Of a stretch of 64,000 bases of DNA, positions 48,701 to 64,000 are shown piece by piece; position 1 is the first letter of the stretch; the number at the start of each line of letters is the position of its first letter. The stretch lies in assembly GCF_009914755.1 (NCBI RefSeq), contig NC_060929.1; one strand, 5' to 3'. The stretch comes from the human T2T-CHM13v2.0 reference genome, Homo sapiens. The notes below the pieces were generated by a model. That model searched no databases. It was not told the origin of the DNA and was given only the letters and a program-made list of their open reading frames with translations. The translations under genes and the position numbers were made by a program.

Positions 48701-49775
48701 GCCCAGAGAAATGATGGCACCAGGGGAAGTAGAGGTGGAGCTCACAGGGTGGCCTTGACTCAAATCACATGGTAGTGTGGTCTCAATGGTGAGATTCTAC
48801 TCTCCTGTGCCTGAAACTAGGTGAGTGCCCTCTTAATATTTCGCGCATTGTTGAATGCAGAACTCACCCTTTCTTGGCTGTTCATAATACAATAGTAGGT
48901 TTTTATCTCTTACTAATTTGGGTCCGGAAGTCCACTTCTTTATTTGGAAAGAAAAAATCGAAGCATTTTCAAAGAACTGATGTGCTGAGTTGGGCCATCA
49001 TGTTTATTATATCATTTTCCCCTAAAGGCTTCAATTTACCAAAAACTGTACTTTAATACTTGATCATGCTGTTCCCTGTCTTAATTTTTTTTTAAACATA
49101 GCTGCATTTGCAGAGAACCCCTTGTGGATTAAGAAGCCTAGAAACATCCATGTTGGTATCTGCACTGAGAGGGTCCTCTGAATGCATCAGAGGTATGCAT
49201 TGGTACTATATGGCAGGTACTATATATTTTTTAGAAGTTGGAGATGCTGCCATTTGAGGAGTTGAAGGCAATTTCCACATTTTTGAATGAACACTGCAAC
49301 TTGTCTTTGGGGGTAGATCCTCCTACGTTTCCGCAAGCACTCTCTCCGGTGGGGTTGGGAGGGGCTTCCAGTCATGCAGATGTTGGGTAATTAAAAACCA
49401 CCTCATTTTTCTTGGGGAAGCTCCCACATGTACCAAACAACAAAATGGAAGTCCTACAAACTGAGATTCTGAGTGTTCTGTTCTGAAAAGACAGCTGGTA
49501 ATGCTGGCAGTGTGTCCTCTCTGAGCTGGAGCTTGTTCAGTTTCATTCTGTTTTGTTCTTACCTCTGTGTTTGACCTGCCCATGCCCAGTGTTAGAAAAC
49601 ACATGTGTCTTCTCACTCTGGCATCTGCTGACAGAAGAAGGGAGCTAGGACCAGATGAGGGCGAGAGGGGCACCTGTCTGAACTCATCTCTTTCCGGTGA
49701 GGAAAGACTATGAACAGGACCAGGGTCAAGCTTAGGCAGGGTAGATTGGACCATTGTTATAGTTCTTGGGCTGTT

Positions 49776-50080
49776 ATTTTATTTATTTATTTTTTTGAGA
49801 CAGGATCTGGCTCTGTCACCTAGGCTGGAGTGCAGTGGTACGCACGATCTCTGCTCACTGCAACTTCTGCCGTCCAAGCTCAAACCATCCTCCCACCTCA
49901 ACCTCCTAAGTAGCTGGACTACAGGTGTGCACCACCACGCCCAGTTAATTTTTTGTATTTTTTGTAGAAACAGGTTTCACCATGTTGCCCAGGCTGGTCT
50001 TGAACTCCTGAGCTCAGGTCATCAGCCTGCCTTGGCCTCCCAAATTGCTGGGATTATAGGCGTGAGCCACCATACCCAGC
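49776..50080 (-). mobile_element. AluJ
   Basis: Antisense dimer; TSD TTGGGCTGTTATTT. Confidence 0.9.
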
Positions 50081-51554
50081 TTTGGGCTGTTATTTATTGT
50101 AGTAAAAAGCCAGATACTGTTGGGTTTTATGACTTTTTTTTCCAGGGTGCACTTGCGGGTGGCTTCCTGAGGAAGTAGAGGTTTCCATTGTCAACCTGAG
50201 AAGAAGTTAATTCTAGAGCAGGAGGGTTGCTGGCATTGGATAGAGGGTATAGAAGGACTATGTTCCTAATCTGGGGCCAAGAGTGCAGAGGGGCTTGGGA
50301 GACAATGTGCATGAAGATGTCTGGAGCATCCTGGTGGAGGCGATGAGTCAGGTCCCGCCATCGGGGACAGGCTGGGAGGTGCACAAGGACCAGCCTCTCT
50401 ACACACTCTGTGTGAGGCAGAGCCCATGGGCCTTTGCAATGGCCAGCTCCAGGAGAATGGAGTTGCCTTTTGGGAAGATGTATGCTTCCCTAAATCTGTG
50501 CAATGAGAAATTGAAAAGCAAAATGTCCTCATCCCAAAGCTGGGATGATGTGGTCATCAGCAGCCAGACTAGGAAGAAGCAGCAGCTGTGTCTGGCCAGA
50601 CAAGGAGGTCTGAGAGGAAGAGCCTGGAGCAATTACTGGGAATTTGCTAGAGAGATTTCTATAAACAGGGCTTAAATGCTAATCATTTAGGTATAAAAAT
50701 AGTTACTTTGATGTGTGTCATGGGTTGGTGAGGATATGGATTCCTGGTTTCCATGGGGATCCCCACAAATCTCAACAATACGTTGTTTTTCTTTATAAAA
50801 ATTAAAATTAATTATATTAGTGTGTGGGATTCATGCCAGGCCTGTGGAATGGAAAATGCAGGGAGTACTCTTTGGACCAGAAAGAAAAAGGCTGGGAGGG
50901 GTTAGGACTTATGTGCACAGGGTCAAACCTATGCAAGTGTAGACACAGGGAAATAAATTTGTTCTGTACACTTACACACACTGGCACTGGAGGGTGACAG
51001 GGCTGAGTCTGTCATTCTCCTTTACTGTAAACCATTGTTCCTGGGGCGGGATACCTACAGGGCTGACCACCAGGTTTTTAAAACAGAAAAGAGAACCCAA
51101 CAGTGTGGCATTCTTCAAGATGATTTGATGGAAAATGTAAGAGATGAAAGGTTCAAACATTTTGCCTTTTCAGACTCTGGTATGAGGAATCAGTAAGAAA
51201 ATGAAAATAATGGGTTTCTGAAATTAGCACTGAAGTCTGATTTTAGTCCAAGGTGAGATTCCAATTTCCTGTTACCTTGACCTGCCCCCACGACCTCAGT
51301 TTCCCCTCAGTGAAATGCCGGGTTATACTAAACGCCTGCTCCTTTGCAGTTGTGATGCTCTAGGCCTCTGCGATGGGGCTACCACTTGCCTGAGACTTGG
51401 TCTCTCAAATGGAGATGCTTAGCCTGCTGCCCTTGGCTATGCACACATTGGTGGCTTAAGCAGAGGAAGGCTGTCTTTCAGTCGCCAAGCATGACAAGGA
51501 AAAAGGCCTTCATTGCCTAGACAGCCTGCATGCCTGAAGGCCCTTTGCCACCCT

Positions 51555-51572
51555 GCAGCGCCCCCTGGTGTT
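51555..51572 (-). promoter_or_regulatory. CTCF motif
   Basis: Minus strand AACACCAGGGGGCGCTGC versus core CCACCAGGGGGCGC; CpG retained; unique sequence. Confidence 0.7.
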
Positions 51573-52509
51573 TCTAGGTGTCATGCATAGGCATCCTCCC
51601 GAGTCCCTTGCATGAAGCCAGGAACCTATTCTATAACGCAGAGAATCCAAGTTGGGGGTGTCAGGATTGCTAGGTCATTTCTCTCTGCCCACCAGATAAC
51701 AATATTAAAATCCCGGTTATCCCCAGTAGAAAACCAGAAAGGCGCATTAAGCATGAATGCTGTCATATTTCATTTCTGTGTTATACTGAATTCAAAGCAC
51801 ACAAAACATGAAAAGAACAGAACTTCTTTCTCTAGAAACAGCTATTTCTCATCAGCTTTAAATTAAAAGCATGTTCTGGGCAGTCCTTGGCCTTCGACAG
51901 CCTGCGTTCATATCAAGTTCTGGTTTACAAGCAGCTGCTGTGTGATTCTGGGTATAACAGTTATCTGTAATTGAAATCACCATAAAACAAATCCCCCCTT
52001 CACTGGTGGAGTCGGTAATCAACATCAGGAATGCAGCATTCAGGACCCATAAAATATGCAAGATTAATTTGCTGAACTCCGTTCAGGCTTCCAACAGCTC
52101 TGTCACCTGGGGCCAGAGGAGCAGCAAATTCATTCTGAACCTCCACTAGTTTCAAGATATCAAAAGTGGCCTCCTTCATGTCGCTGTCTTCTGCAGTGCG
52201 TCTCTGCCTTTGCAGATACTTTCTGGAAAAATCAAACAGTCTGCCAAGGTTATTTGGCTGTGGAGATGCTGAAGTGCTCCATCTAGTTCCTTTCTTCCCT
52301 CTTCATTTCTTCCCATCTCAGTAATCTTCCTGCAGACTTCTATAGCCCCAGACTAGGAAAAACAGAAGATCCTGACTTTGGTCAGTGCACCGGACATTCC
52401 TGCTTAGATATCATATCAAGGAAGAAGAAATACCTAATGGCAAAGCATTAGGATTTGAGTTAGGTCATCAGCAGCCAGACCAGGAAGACGGCTCAGTGGG
52501 TTGCAGTAT

Positions 52510-52741
52510 CTTGCTCAGGCTCCCCCAGAAAGACTCCAGAGCTGGTTGTTGGTTGGGTTCTAGTAATGGTTAAACAGTGTGTAACAGGTGTCCACAGTAC
52601 AGTCAGGCCCCTTTCCTCTTCGTATTTTTCATGCCCTTGCTACTCCAGCCAAATGAAGTGACTTGCAGTTTGCAGCATGACTGGTCACACTTTGCACCCA
52701 TATTTTTGCACATGCTGCTGCTTCTCTCTGGCATGTCATGA
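52510..52741 (+). repeat. Direct repeat copy 1 (~230 bp)
   Basis: Aligns with 57515-57749 at roughly 85-90% by eye. Confidence 0.93.
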
Positions 52742-54662
52742 TCTAATCTGGTCTCGTTCCAGCTCTGCTTCTTGCTGCCATGTCTCCCTGAGCAAGTTGC
52801 TGTTCTTTGAGTCTTAGGTCCCATTTTAAAGAGAGAACCTTGATTGCCAAAATACCTTTTAATTCTTTTATACTTGGATTTTACAAGAAAGTCTGGGTAG
52901 ACATTTTTAGGTTTCAACTTCCTCTGTTCAGTCTGGTCTGTTACTTTGTTACTTCAGCAATTTTCGATATTCCAAAAATCTTGTTGATGCCACTCTCCCC
53001 TTTTGCCTACTCTGTTTTCTTTGGGCTTGCATGTAATACATCCTTTGTTCCTTAACTATTATCTTCAAAAAGTTTTGAGAGTAGTCAATATCAACATACT
53101 TGTTAATTGCCATGCTTATCATGAAGACTCCCGACATTTCTTCTTTCAAATAAGGTGATACAGTAATAGTCTAATTATTACAGATGAGGAAATAGAGGCC
53201 CAGAGAGGTTTAGAAAATTGCCCAAAGCCACACAGGTAGTAAGTGGCAGTAGAAAGATTAGAATCTAAAGGTTGCCTTTTAATAAAACCCCTGTTCTTAG
53301 TGACTAGGTTGTGCTGTCATGAACACATGACAAATGTGTTCATCTGTCGATACTGTGAACTGGGCTCCTGTTTGTCCACCTTTACATGCTGCTCAGTTCT
53401 TAGCACACTGACAACACCAACATTCTGAGCTAAAAAACGAAACAAAACAAAACAAAAAACAAAAACAAAACCCAAAAAAACACATGGACCAGGCAAAGAG
53501 ACCAAAGCAAAGGATATTCTCACAGGCCCTTGAGAGGCTGATTGCCGGCCTTTCCCCCTCAAGCGCCTGTCAGAATATCCTTTGCTTCAGTCACTTTGCC
53601 TGGTCCATGATATATTATGCACAGACAGAAGTGTGCCTTTTGTCATAATTTTAATTTCTACATATAAAATATATACTCCTGTGTCCCCCTGATGTGGTGG
53701 TTGAGATTACAGTGAGGAAGACAGTGTAGGGATTTTTTTCCCCCCAAGAACACACTATCATTTTTTTTTTTAAATTGAAATTTCTACTGATGCACTTATA
53801 GATTCACATACAGCTGTACAAAACAATACAGGGAGATCTTCCTGTGTGCCCTTTCTCGCTTTCCCTGGATAGTTACATCTTGCACTTTATTCATTCTTTT
53901 AGCTGCCTAAATATTATATTGACATATTTTCATTATCAAAGATTCAAATAATATGGAAGCATAAAGGAACAAACATGGAGGTCCTTCTTTAACCACCTGG
54001 CTCTTCTCCTGGGCTCTCTCTTCACCCCAGGTGCCACTTTATTCTGCTCTGACTTCTTCTTCCTTCACACTCCTTCCTTGTTTTGTTATGATGGCCAACA
54101 TGATCCTGGGGCAGAGTGGGATCTGGGGATTTCTGGCTGACTCATCACCTTCAACACTCCGGGGAATCCGGCCTCTCTTCCATGATGATCATAGGTGGCA
54201 TGGGCAACCTTTGATCTCAACTCTTCTTCTAATTATCTGGCATCTTTTCAATTCCTGTTGCCATCCTTTTCTCTGTACCCAGTCAGAAAGGAATAATTTC
54301 TATTCTACAATAGATACAATAATACATTTTCTATACCTGGTAATATTAATAACAAATAGTACAAATAATTAATTAGTAGAAGACAGATATTTTATTTGTT
54401 TTATTTGACAGATATTGCCAGACATTGTTCTAAGCACTTTATAAAATATTAATTCATTTAATCCTATAGCAACTCTATGAGGAAGGCATCATTAGTATTT
54501 TTACCTTGCAGGGGAGTATATGAGGCAGAGAGAGGTTAAGTATTTTGCCCAAGGTCACACGCAGCTAGTAAATGATGGAGACAGGATGCAAACCCATCAG
54601 TCTGGCTCTAGAGTCTGTGCTCTTAACCCCTTATCAGACTCACTGAGAGTTGGAAGGTTCAC

Positions 54663-54722
54663 CCCCTTTCCTTCCCTTCCCTTCTCTCCCCTCCTCTCCC
54701 CTCCCTTCCCCTCCCCTTTTTT
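54663..54722. repeat. Polypyrimidine (TTCCC/CCCCT)n tract
   Basis: Seen directly. Confidence 0.85.
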
Positions 54723-55336
54723 AATATTGACACATTCCCCCAACATTGACACCTATCTTGCAGGCTATAAATATGTTCTAATATTTAAACCTTGAAAAGG
54801 CACATACCCTAACTTATCATTTGTCCCTGTGCACTGTCTCAAGCTCCTACCCCATCTCTCTCTTTCCTATGCTATTTCCTACAAGCCTGGAAAGACTCTT
54901 CTATAACTGCTGTCTCAATTCCTCATCTAATTCACCCTTGGGCTCACCGCAGTCAGAGCTTCTATCTCAGTCACTCAGTAGAAGCTACTCTGCCATGATC
55001 AAAACTGTCATTTCCTTTTATCTCTCCATATATTGATGTGATTAATTATATTAATGCATTTCCTACCATGGAAACATTCTGCCATTAACATCAGTTTTCA
55101 TTATTTAAACTCAGTGCTGGATTCCATTTGCTAATATTTTATTTATGACTTTGGTTAGTATCAGATGGACAGACTCCTTTTTGAAACTCGGGAAACATAG
55201 GAAGTTCTTTCTAGTTCATTTAGTTTCCTTGTTAATTTATAGGGGTCAGTTTCCTTGTATAAATGGTTTTACTCTGTATGTAGTTCATGTCTCTCCCCAT
55301 GGGATGTCTACCATTTACCGTTTAAAAGGTAAACAG

Positions 55337-57063
<1,727 letters not shown>

Positions 57064-57514
57064 CAAAGTAATAAAAGGGATAAATAAATGTGTTTTCTAA
57101 TTAGCACTGAAATAGTCACATAAGGCAATATTTTCACATTGGAGCATGAAGTGTGAAAATTAGGAAAGCAAGAATCATCTGATTGGCTTTTACATGGAGT
57201 TTTTGGGGGTGAGATCCCTAGGAAATGAAGATTGGTAGGAAGAACATTCTCTCTTGAGATAAGCCAAAGAGTAATAATAATGAGGTTAGTGACCAAAAGT
57301 AAAAGACAGGTCAGTTAGAATATTTTAAGGACTTATACTATGCTTTTTATTGGGCCAAGCATATTGCATGTGTTACTTACCAGGATGTGAAGTCCATGAA
57401 GGCAAAACGATGTACATTATGTTGATTACTAGTTCATTTATAGCTCTATATGGAAGTGCTGCTATTATGCCCCTTTTACAGACGAGAAAATCGAGGTTCA
57501 GGGAGTTGAAGTAA

Positions 57515-57749
57515 CTTGCTGAGGCTCCCCCAGAAGGACTCCAGAGTTGGTTGTTGGTTGGGTCCTAGCAATGGTTAAACATAGTGTTTAACAGGTGTCC
57601 ACAGTACAGTCAGGCCCCCTTTCCTCCCCATATTTTTCATGCCCTTGCTACTCCAGCCAGATGAAGTGACCTGCAGTTTGCAACATGTCTGGCCACACTT
57701 CACACCCACATTTTTGCACATGCTGCTGCTTCTCTCTGGCATGTCATGA
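57515..57749 (+). repeat. Direct repeat copy 2
   Basis: See 52510-52741. Confidence 0.93.
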
Positions 57750-60295
57750 GCCCTGTTCACCTGGCTCACTTCTTTTGCCCTTTGAGTTTTCTTTATGTAT
57801 CACCTTTTCCTTCTTCCTTCCATCACACCTCTCCCTCCTCCCTGGGGCTGGGGGAGGTGCTTTTCTCCTCTGTCCTCCATGATCATTTATGTCATGACTT
57901 CCTGCCCATTGGAGTTTCTCCAGGTTCTTTTCTGCAGGGTACTTATTGTTCCCCATTTGCACTACAGGCTACCTGGATCTCTCAGAATGGGTTTGTTGGA
58001 TGAATGAAGGCTGAGAATCTCTTGCTGGTTCCTCTACAACCTGAGCCTGACCTGATGACTGGCAGTAGTTGCTGAATTCTACCCTCAACAGTGGTGCAAG
58101 TTTGGGCTTCTGGGCCCATAAACCTATATCCCCTGACCCTCTGACCATCTCTGACCCTCTTGTGAACCATCTGTTATTTCAAAAGGTATCATACATTCCT
58201 TCCAAATAAAACTTCATTTAGCTCACTTATTTGAAGAGTAATAAACCATTTAACTCATTTATAACTCACTGAACAGGAGGTTGAACACAGTTATAACAAA
58301 AATCAGGCTGAGGTCAAAACCACCCAAATTTGGGGGAATACATACAGCCCCAATAATTGGTATGAGTATATGAAAATCCCTTTGAGTTTTCTGACTGGTT
58401 CTCAAAAAGAAATTATATCCCATCTTTTTTCTTCCACTGTGGTAAATACTATGTCATTCAACTTAGAATAATTCAGTTCATTTTTATTTCCAGAGGATAC
58501 ATAACTGATCAGAAGATCTTCTTTACATTTAGAAACAAATATTTCTTTCTGTGGGGAAATAAATGGAAAAAAATCCAGAAAAATACATCCTGCAATTAGC
58601 TTCAGAGATATACAATTTCTAAGAAGATTCTTGCCCAGGGTATAGCAAGAACAGAAAAAGAAAAAGCCTTATTTGTACTTAAAAATTGGATGAATATTGT
58701 AGTTCTCTCTTCCATATGCAAATCTCTGTAGCATTTTGCTATTAATCTGCCATAAACTCTCAACTCTTCCTGAGACTGAACTAGCAGGTCAGGACAACAC
58801 AGAGGCTGCAGTTGTCAATGCAGCATGTCAGTTTTTGAAAGCAAGTGTGTGTTCACGTGAGAGAGAGACTAACCTACCTCTCTGTGCAGGCCTGGACCAG
58901 TTCTACCAGAGTCCCAGTTGGATTCTCACCACTGAGCACTGACTTGGCACCTTGTCAGAACTCAACAATATACATAGAATGAATGAGTGAGTGAGTGAAT
59001 AAGTGACTGAATGCATTCACCCTTCCAAGACATCACGCTGTGACTGGCCCATGTATATATTTTTTACACACAATGCCTCCAGAATCCTACCTATTCTTTG
59101 AGCCCAGCTACAGTGCCACCTCCTCTGTGACATACAAGAATTGTGAGAGCACTAAAGATGGAGTATCAACTCTGCCCTAAGTTATCTGAAAGCCTTCATG
59201 GAGGAGATGCCATTGGAGTTGGGTCTGCGTGAACAAAGAGGCTGCAAAGAAGGAGAAAGGAGTCTCTAGGAGGAAGTGGGGACACTCCTGCAGGTGAAGA
59301 AGCTCAGGTGAAGGGAAAGAGATATCAACACTCTTGTTGGCCTGCTCCCAGAGTCCACCAGGTCAGAGCCTCTGCAGCTCCCCAACAGGGGTGGTGACCT
59401 CTGCAGCTCCCCAACAGAAGAAGAGTCTTTCTGCCCCATATGTCTACATACCGTGTAATCAGAGTCTCTGAGCTGAGGACTTCCATGCCCTGAGTGCCAA
59501 GAGCATCTCCCAGGCTCTGCTCTAGTATGCCTACAGCTCCAATCCAGCCCCACATTCCACAAGAGCCAAGAAGCACCTGAGGTGTCTCCAGAGAGCTCTG
59601 ATGGGAACATGTGAACCACCTTCTCCTGTGCCCTCATGACCCCTCAGGACCCCCCTTTCTGGTAGCCCCCAGTATACAGCACAGGGCCCAGAACATTGTA
59701 GGGCTCAATAACAACTTATGGAAGAATAACTACTTGAAACTTGGAGGTGGAGTCATTACCACAATTCCCATGTCAGGTGTAGTAGATTGTTTCTTCATTC
59801 TCAGAACTCTCAGTGGAGGGACAGCTTGGACCATTTCCATCCTCACTAAATATTCAAAGAGTAATTGCCCAGTCTGCTGTTTCTGTTTTCATCTGAGTAA
59901 ACATGCCATGACATGAGGGGATAACCTCTTGTGCAAGCTGCCACCAGACACTAAATAGAGTGGCATGGTTCTGCAATCCAGATCTCATTAGGATAAAGAG
60001 AATTATCCTCATCCTGGGTATGTGGGAGAAAAATGAATGGCAAGATTAAATGTAAACTCCAGATTTACAGACACTACAGTGTGCACAGGAATTTCAATCA
60101 ACCTTGAAGCAAGACTAAAGGGCAAGGTCAAAAACAAGTTTCCCATCCAACATGCTTTAGAAAGGCAATCAGTACCCAAAAACATGGCGGTGACCACTAT
60201 TTTGAAATTCTTGCCAGGCCTGTTGACTTAAAGAGAAACTATAATGCGCCAATGCTCAGAGGTGGTGTATCCCTTCCTTTCTAACCACAGCGAGG

Positions 60296-60468
60296 TTAAA
60301 TATAATGAAGAAAATACTCTGGTAGGACTTATGTAAGTGTTAGGGGAACCCAAGAGGGGCGATCAACTCTGCCAATAGTAGGACTTCCACGGGGAGGTGC
60401 CAACCAGAGCTGTGGAGGGAAAATCAGATATGCTAGAAGAAGGAATCCTAAGTGGTGGTAATGAAGAA
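60296..60468 (+). repeat. Inverted repeat, left arm (173 bp)
   Basis: Gapless reverse complement of 60974-61146; 17 mismatches by hand count. Confidence 0.95.
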
Positions 60469-60973
60469 CTCAGTGGATCTATAACTGGATCTACTGAATT
60501 AGTTTTATGATGGCTGAAGGGGTTGAGATGTTAGGGTGAGTTTCATTTTGAGAGAGATAATGGACTTGGACTTGTGCCTGCTTCAGGGATTTTGGCAGGT
60601 GCTGAACTCTGCCCCTTCTCTTCTTATCACCTCCTTAGCGCCCCCTACTCCCGCTGCTCCAGGATATTATCTCTTGCCTCAGTCGCTGTCTTAGACTCCT
60701 ATGATCTCTAGCATCTCTTCCTGTTCCTCCTCTATTCTATGTCCCATGGTTCCCACAGTGAGCTTTCTGAGATCAAAATCTGGCCACGGTCTTCTCAGGT
60801 TAATGCCTCCCAATCACTTCCAAAGGACACATCCGAATTCTCTGATGTATGGGGCCTGACGTCACACACCCGCATCCACATTTTCCTTCCATGGTGCCGC
60901 ATCCTTCATCCATTTTGAACTTATTCCAGAACCAAGCTCTGCTCTTCTCTGCTCCTTTGCCTCTGCCTATCTT

Positions 60974-61146
60974 TTCTTCATTACCACCACTTAGGATTTC
61001 TTCTTCTAGCATATCTGATTTTCCCTTCACCGCTCTGGTTGGCACCTCCCCGTGCAAGTCCCCTTATTGGCAGAGTAGGTCGTCCCTCTTGTGTTCTCCT
61101 AACACTTACATAAGTCGTATCAGAGCATTTTCTTCATTGTGTTTAA
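60974..61146 (-). repeat. Inverted repeat, right arm (within L2-like sequence)
   Basis: See left arm. Confidence 0.95.
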
Positions 61147-61714
61147 TTATTTGCACCCTTCGCTACCTAGTGTGTCCATGTGGGCAGACCTCAGATTTGA
61201 TTGCCTGACACAGGATTCTCCTTTCCTGCCAGAGGATATGGGACATAAAGAGAGATAAAGACTGCTGTCTCCATGTGTTTCCCTTCACCTGCTGGTGTGC
61301 CACCGACATCCCTCTCCTAACACCACATGGAACTTTTAAACATTTATGTATCAGCGTTGCAGGTATAACTGACATACAATAAAGTGGAGTATTGTAAGTG
61401 CACAAGTTTTGAAAAATGCACACACCAATGTAACCGTCACTCTGATTAAGACATAGGACATTATAATCATTCCAGCAAGTTTCCTCAGGTCTTTTCCAGC
61501 AACAGGTTGTTCCTCTTATCAGACAAACACAGATCTGTTATCTAGCATAAGGAGTTAGTTTTGCCAGTTCTAGGACTTGGTGGAAGTGAAATGACACAGT
61601 ATGTACTGTTTGTGTCTGTCTTCTTATGTTCAGAATATTTGTGAGGTTATCTATGCTGTGTATGTCAATAGGTTTTTAATTTTTTTTTCTGAGTATTATT
61701 CCATTGCATACATA

Positions 61715-62563
61715 CAGATTGAGTATCCCTTACCTGAATTGCTGGGGACCATAAGTGTTTCAGATTTCAGATTTTTTCAGATTTTGGAATATTTGCAAAT
61801 ACATGTGATATCTTGGAGATGGGACCCAGGTCTACACACGGAATTCATTTATGTTTCATGTGCATCTTATACACATAGCCTGAAGGTAATTTTGTAAAAT
61901 ATTCTTAATAACTTTGTGCAAGAAACAAAGTTTATGTATGTTGAATCAACAGAAAGCAAAGGTATCACTATCTCAGCCATCTATTTGGACAATTGGTGGT
62001 GTTTGGCATCACTATCATTGATGAATTTATATACTACCTGGCTCTGAATTTATATGCTATCAATAAGCAGTTATTTTCTTACATTTATTCACACATAACT
62101 ACTTAAGAGTAGAAATATGATCTACCATGCACAGAGTGAAAAAACAATGTGTTCAGTGTAACTAAGCAGCACAGAAGCATCAATGGAATGCCTGTATCAG
62201 CTGTTAGCAAAAACAAACAATGCCAGGCTCTCAATCCCTATCTCGGATGCTGTGTTTTAATTAAAAGGTTACTGTATACTGCATTTTATTTTGTTTTTTG
62301 GTGAGAAGAAGCATCAGAAGCAAGTGAAGGACCAGGAAGTGGGTCTCCTAGGAATGAGGAGGCATTCTGCTGGATGGCTTTTTAAAATGTCTGGGAGGGT
62401 TATTCCTGCCTTGGGGACGTTGAATGAAATGTATTGTGCACATGCATTTTGACCTCATGTGCACAACATGAGGTCAGATGTGTCATTTTCTACTTGTGGT
62501 GTCATACTGGTGCTCAAAAGGTTTCAGATGTTGTAGCATTTTGGATTTCAAATTTTCAACCTG
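61715..62563. mobile_element. Tigger4/Zombi-like DNA transposon
   Basis: CAGATTGAGTATCCCTTA ... TCAACCTG termini, TA at 61713-61714 and 62564-62565. Confidence 0.75.
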
Positions 62564-62866
62564 TATTCTGCAGTTTGTTTATTCATCCACTTGTTGACAG
62601 ACATTTGGGTGGCTTCTGGTTTGGAGCTATTACAAATGAAGCTGCTATGAATATTGCGAAAGTCTTTTGGCACACATATTTTTGTGTTTCTTAGACAAAA
62701 TACCTTGGAGAAGAATGGCTTGGTCATAGGGTAAATGTATGTTTAACTTTCTAAGAAGCAATTAAATTGTTCCCTAAAGTGATGGTTTCATTTTATATGC
62801 CCACTAGCAATATATGAGAGGTACAGTTGCTCCATAATTTTGCCGACGCTTGCAATTATCAGTCTT

Positions 62867-63026
62867 CTTCTTTTTTTTAGAGCCAGGGTCTTATTCTGTC
62901 ACCCATGCTGAAGTGCAGTGGTGCATTCATAACTCACTGCAGCCTTGAACTCCTGGCCTCAAGTGATCATCCCACCTTGGCCTCCGAAAGCACTGAGGTT
63001 ACAGGCGTGAGCCACTGCATCAGGCC
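62867..63026 (-). mobile_element. Alu monomer-sized element (FLAM/AluJ-like)
   Basis: Antisense Alu ~160 bp with T tail. Confidence 0.8.
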
Positions 63027-64000
63027 TCGGTCTTAACTGTAGTCATTCAAGTGGGTGTGTCATGGTATCTCATTGTGATTGTAGTTTGCTTTTCCCCACG
63101 TCGCTGAGAATCTTTTTATGTATTTATTGTCCATTTGTATATCTTTTTTTTGATGTGTCTTCTTCAAACCATTTACCCATATTGGATTGTTTGTCTTCTC
63201 ATTAATGTTTTGTGTCCTGTATAAAATATTTTTGACTATGTCAAAGTCATGAATACTTTGTCTCTTGTTTTCTTCCAGAAGTTTTATAGGGTTGGCTTGT
63301 ATGTTTATGTATACAATTCATTTTGAATTAGTTTTTGTGTATGGCATAAGGTAAGAATTGGCATTCATTTTTTCCATATGAATATATAAATACTCCAGCA
63401 CCGTTTTACAAAAAGACTATCACTTACCTATTGAATTACCTTGGCACTTGTGTTAATAAAGTAATTTATCATATATGTAGGTCTATTTCTGAACTACATA
63501 CTTGGCTCCACTGATCGATGTGTCTGTATTTACACTAATGCCACATTCTCATGATTATTGTGGATTTATAATAAGTCTTAAAATCTGATAGTAAAAGTCC
63601 TCTAATTTTGTTTTTCCTTTTCAAAATAGTTAAAGAATCCTATGTTCTTTAAATTTGCATATAAACTTTAGACAAATGAGATAGACCATTTCTATTTTTA
63701 AAAATCCTGCTAAGATTTTGATTGGGATGATATTGATTGCATAGGTCAATTTCTGTCAGAGATGAGTTTTAGTTTTTAGCATATAGGTCTTACACATCTT
63801 TTGTTGAACTTATTTCTAAGAATCTTGTAGTTTTGATGTGATTATAAATTGTACTACATTTTAAAAATAAACATTTTATTTTAGAACAGTTTTAGATTTA
63901 CAGAAATACTACAAAAATAGTACAAAGAGTTTCCATATACCTCACACCCAATTTCCTCTATTATCAACATCTTACATTAGTGTGGTACATTGTTTACAAT

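Larger units (their letters stand above)
61335..64000 (-). mobile_element. Old antisense L1M elements with nested Tigger and Alu monomer
   Basis: GGTATAACTGACATACAATAAA, TATTACAAATGAAGCTGCTATGAATATT; second L1 3' end from ~63875. Confidence 0.8.

Overview
Repeat-rich human genomic DNA (intergenic or large intron). The species call rests on an L1HS-Ta element and an AluYa-lineage element. No intact protein-coding gene is supportable; the ORF track is almost all chance ORFs, Alu/L1/ERV translations and two processed pseudogenes (3' HSPD1 fragment ~7.5-8.0 kb on -, near full-length HNRNPA1 retrocopy ~55.3-57.1 kb on +). Main observations: (1) a 769-bp HERV-K(HML-2)-derived mini-element at 40387-41155 with inverted U3 ends, an integrase/env fragment inside, microhomology at both junctions and a 6-bp TSD, i.e. 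a retroviral insertion shaped like a MITE; (2) a twin-primed L1HS-Ta carrying a nested AluYa4/5; (3) a 173-bp inverted duplication at 60.3/61.0 kb; (4) a ~230-bp direct repeat pair 5 kb apart flanking the HNRNPA1 retrocopy; (5) a tandem duplication with a fold-back junction at 27.5 kb; (6) an intact prion-like-domain-only ORF in the HNRNPA1 pseudogene; (7) an LTR10 with three AP-1 repeats, a strong CTCF motif and a candidate recursive splice site. Repeat family names come from remembered consensus sequences and were not searched; boundaries of old repeats are approximate.
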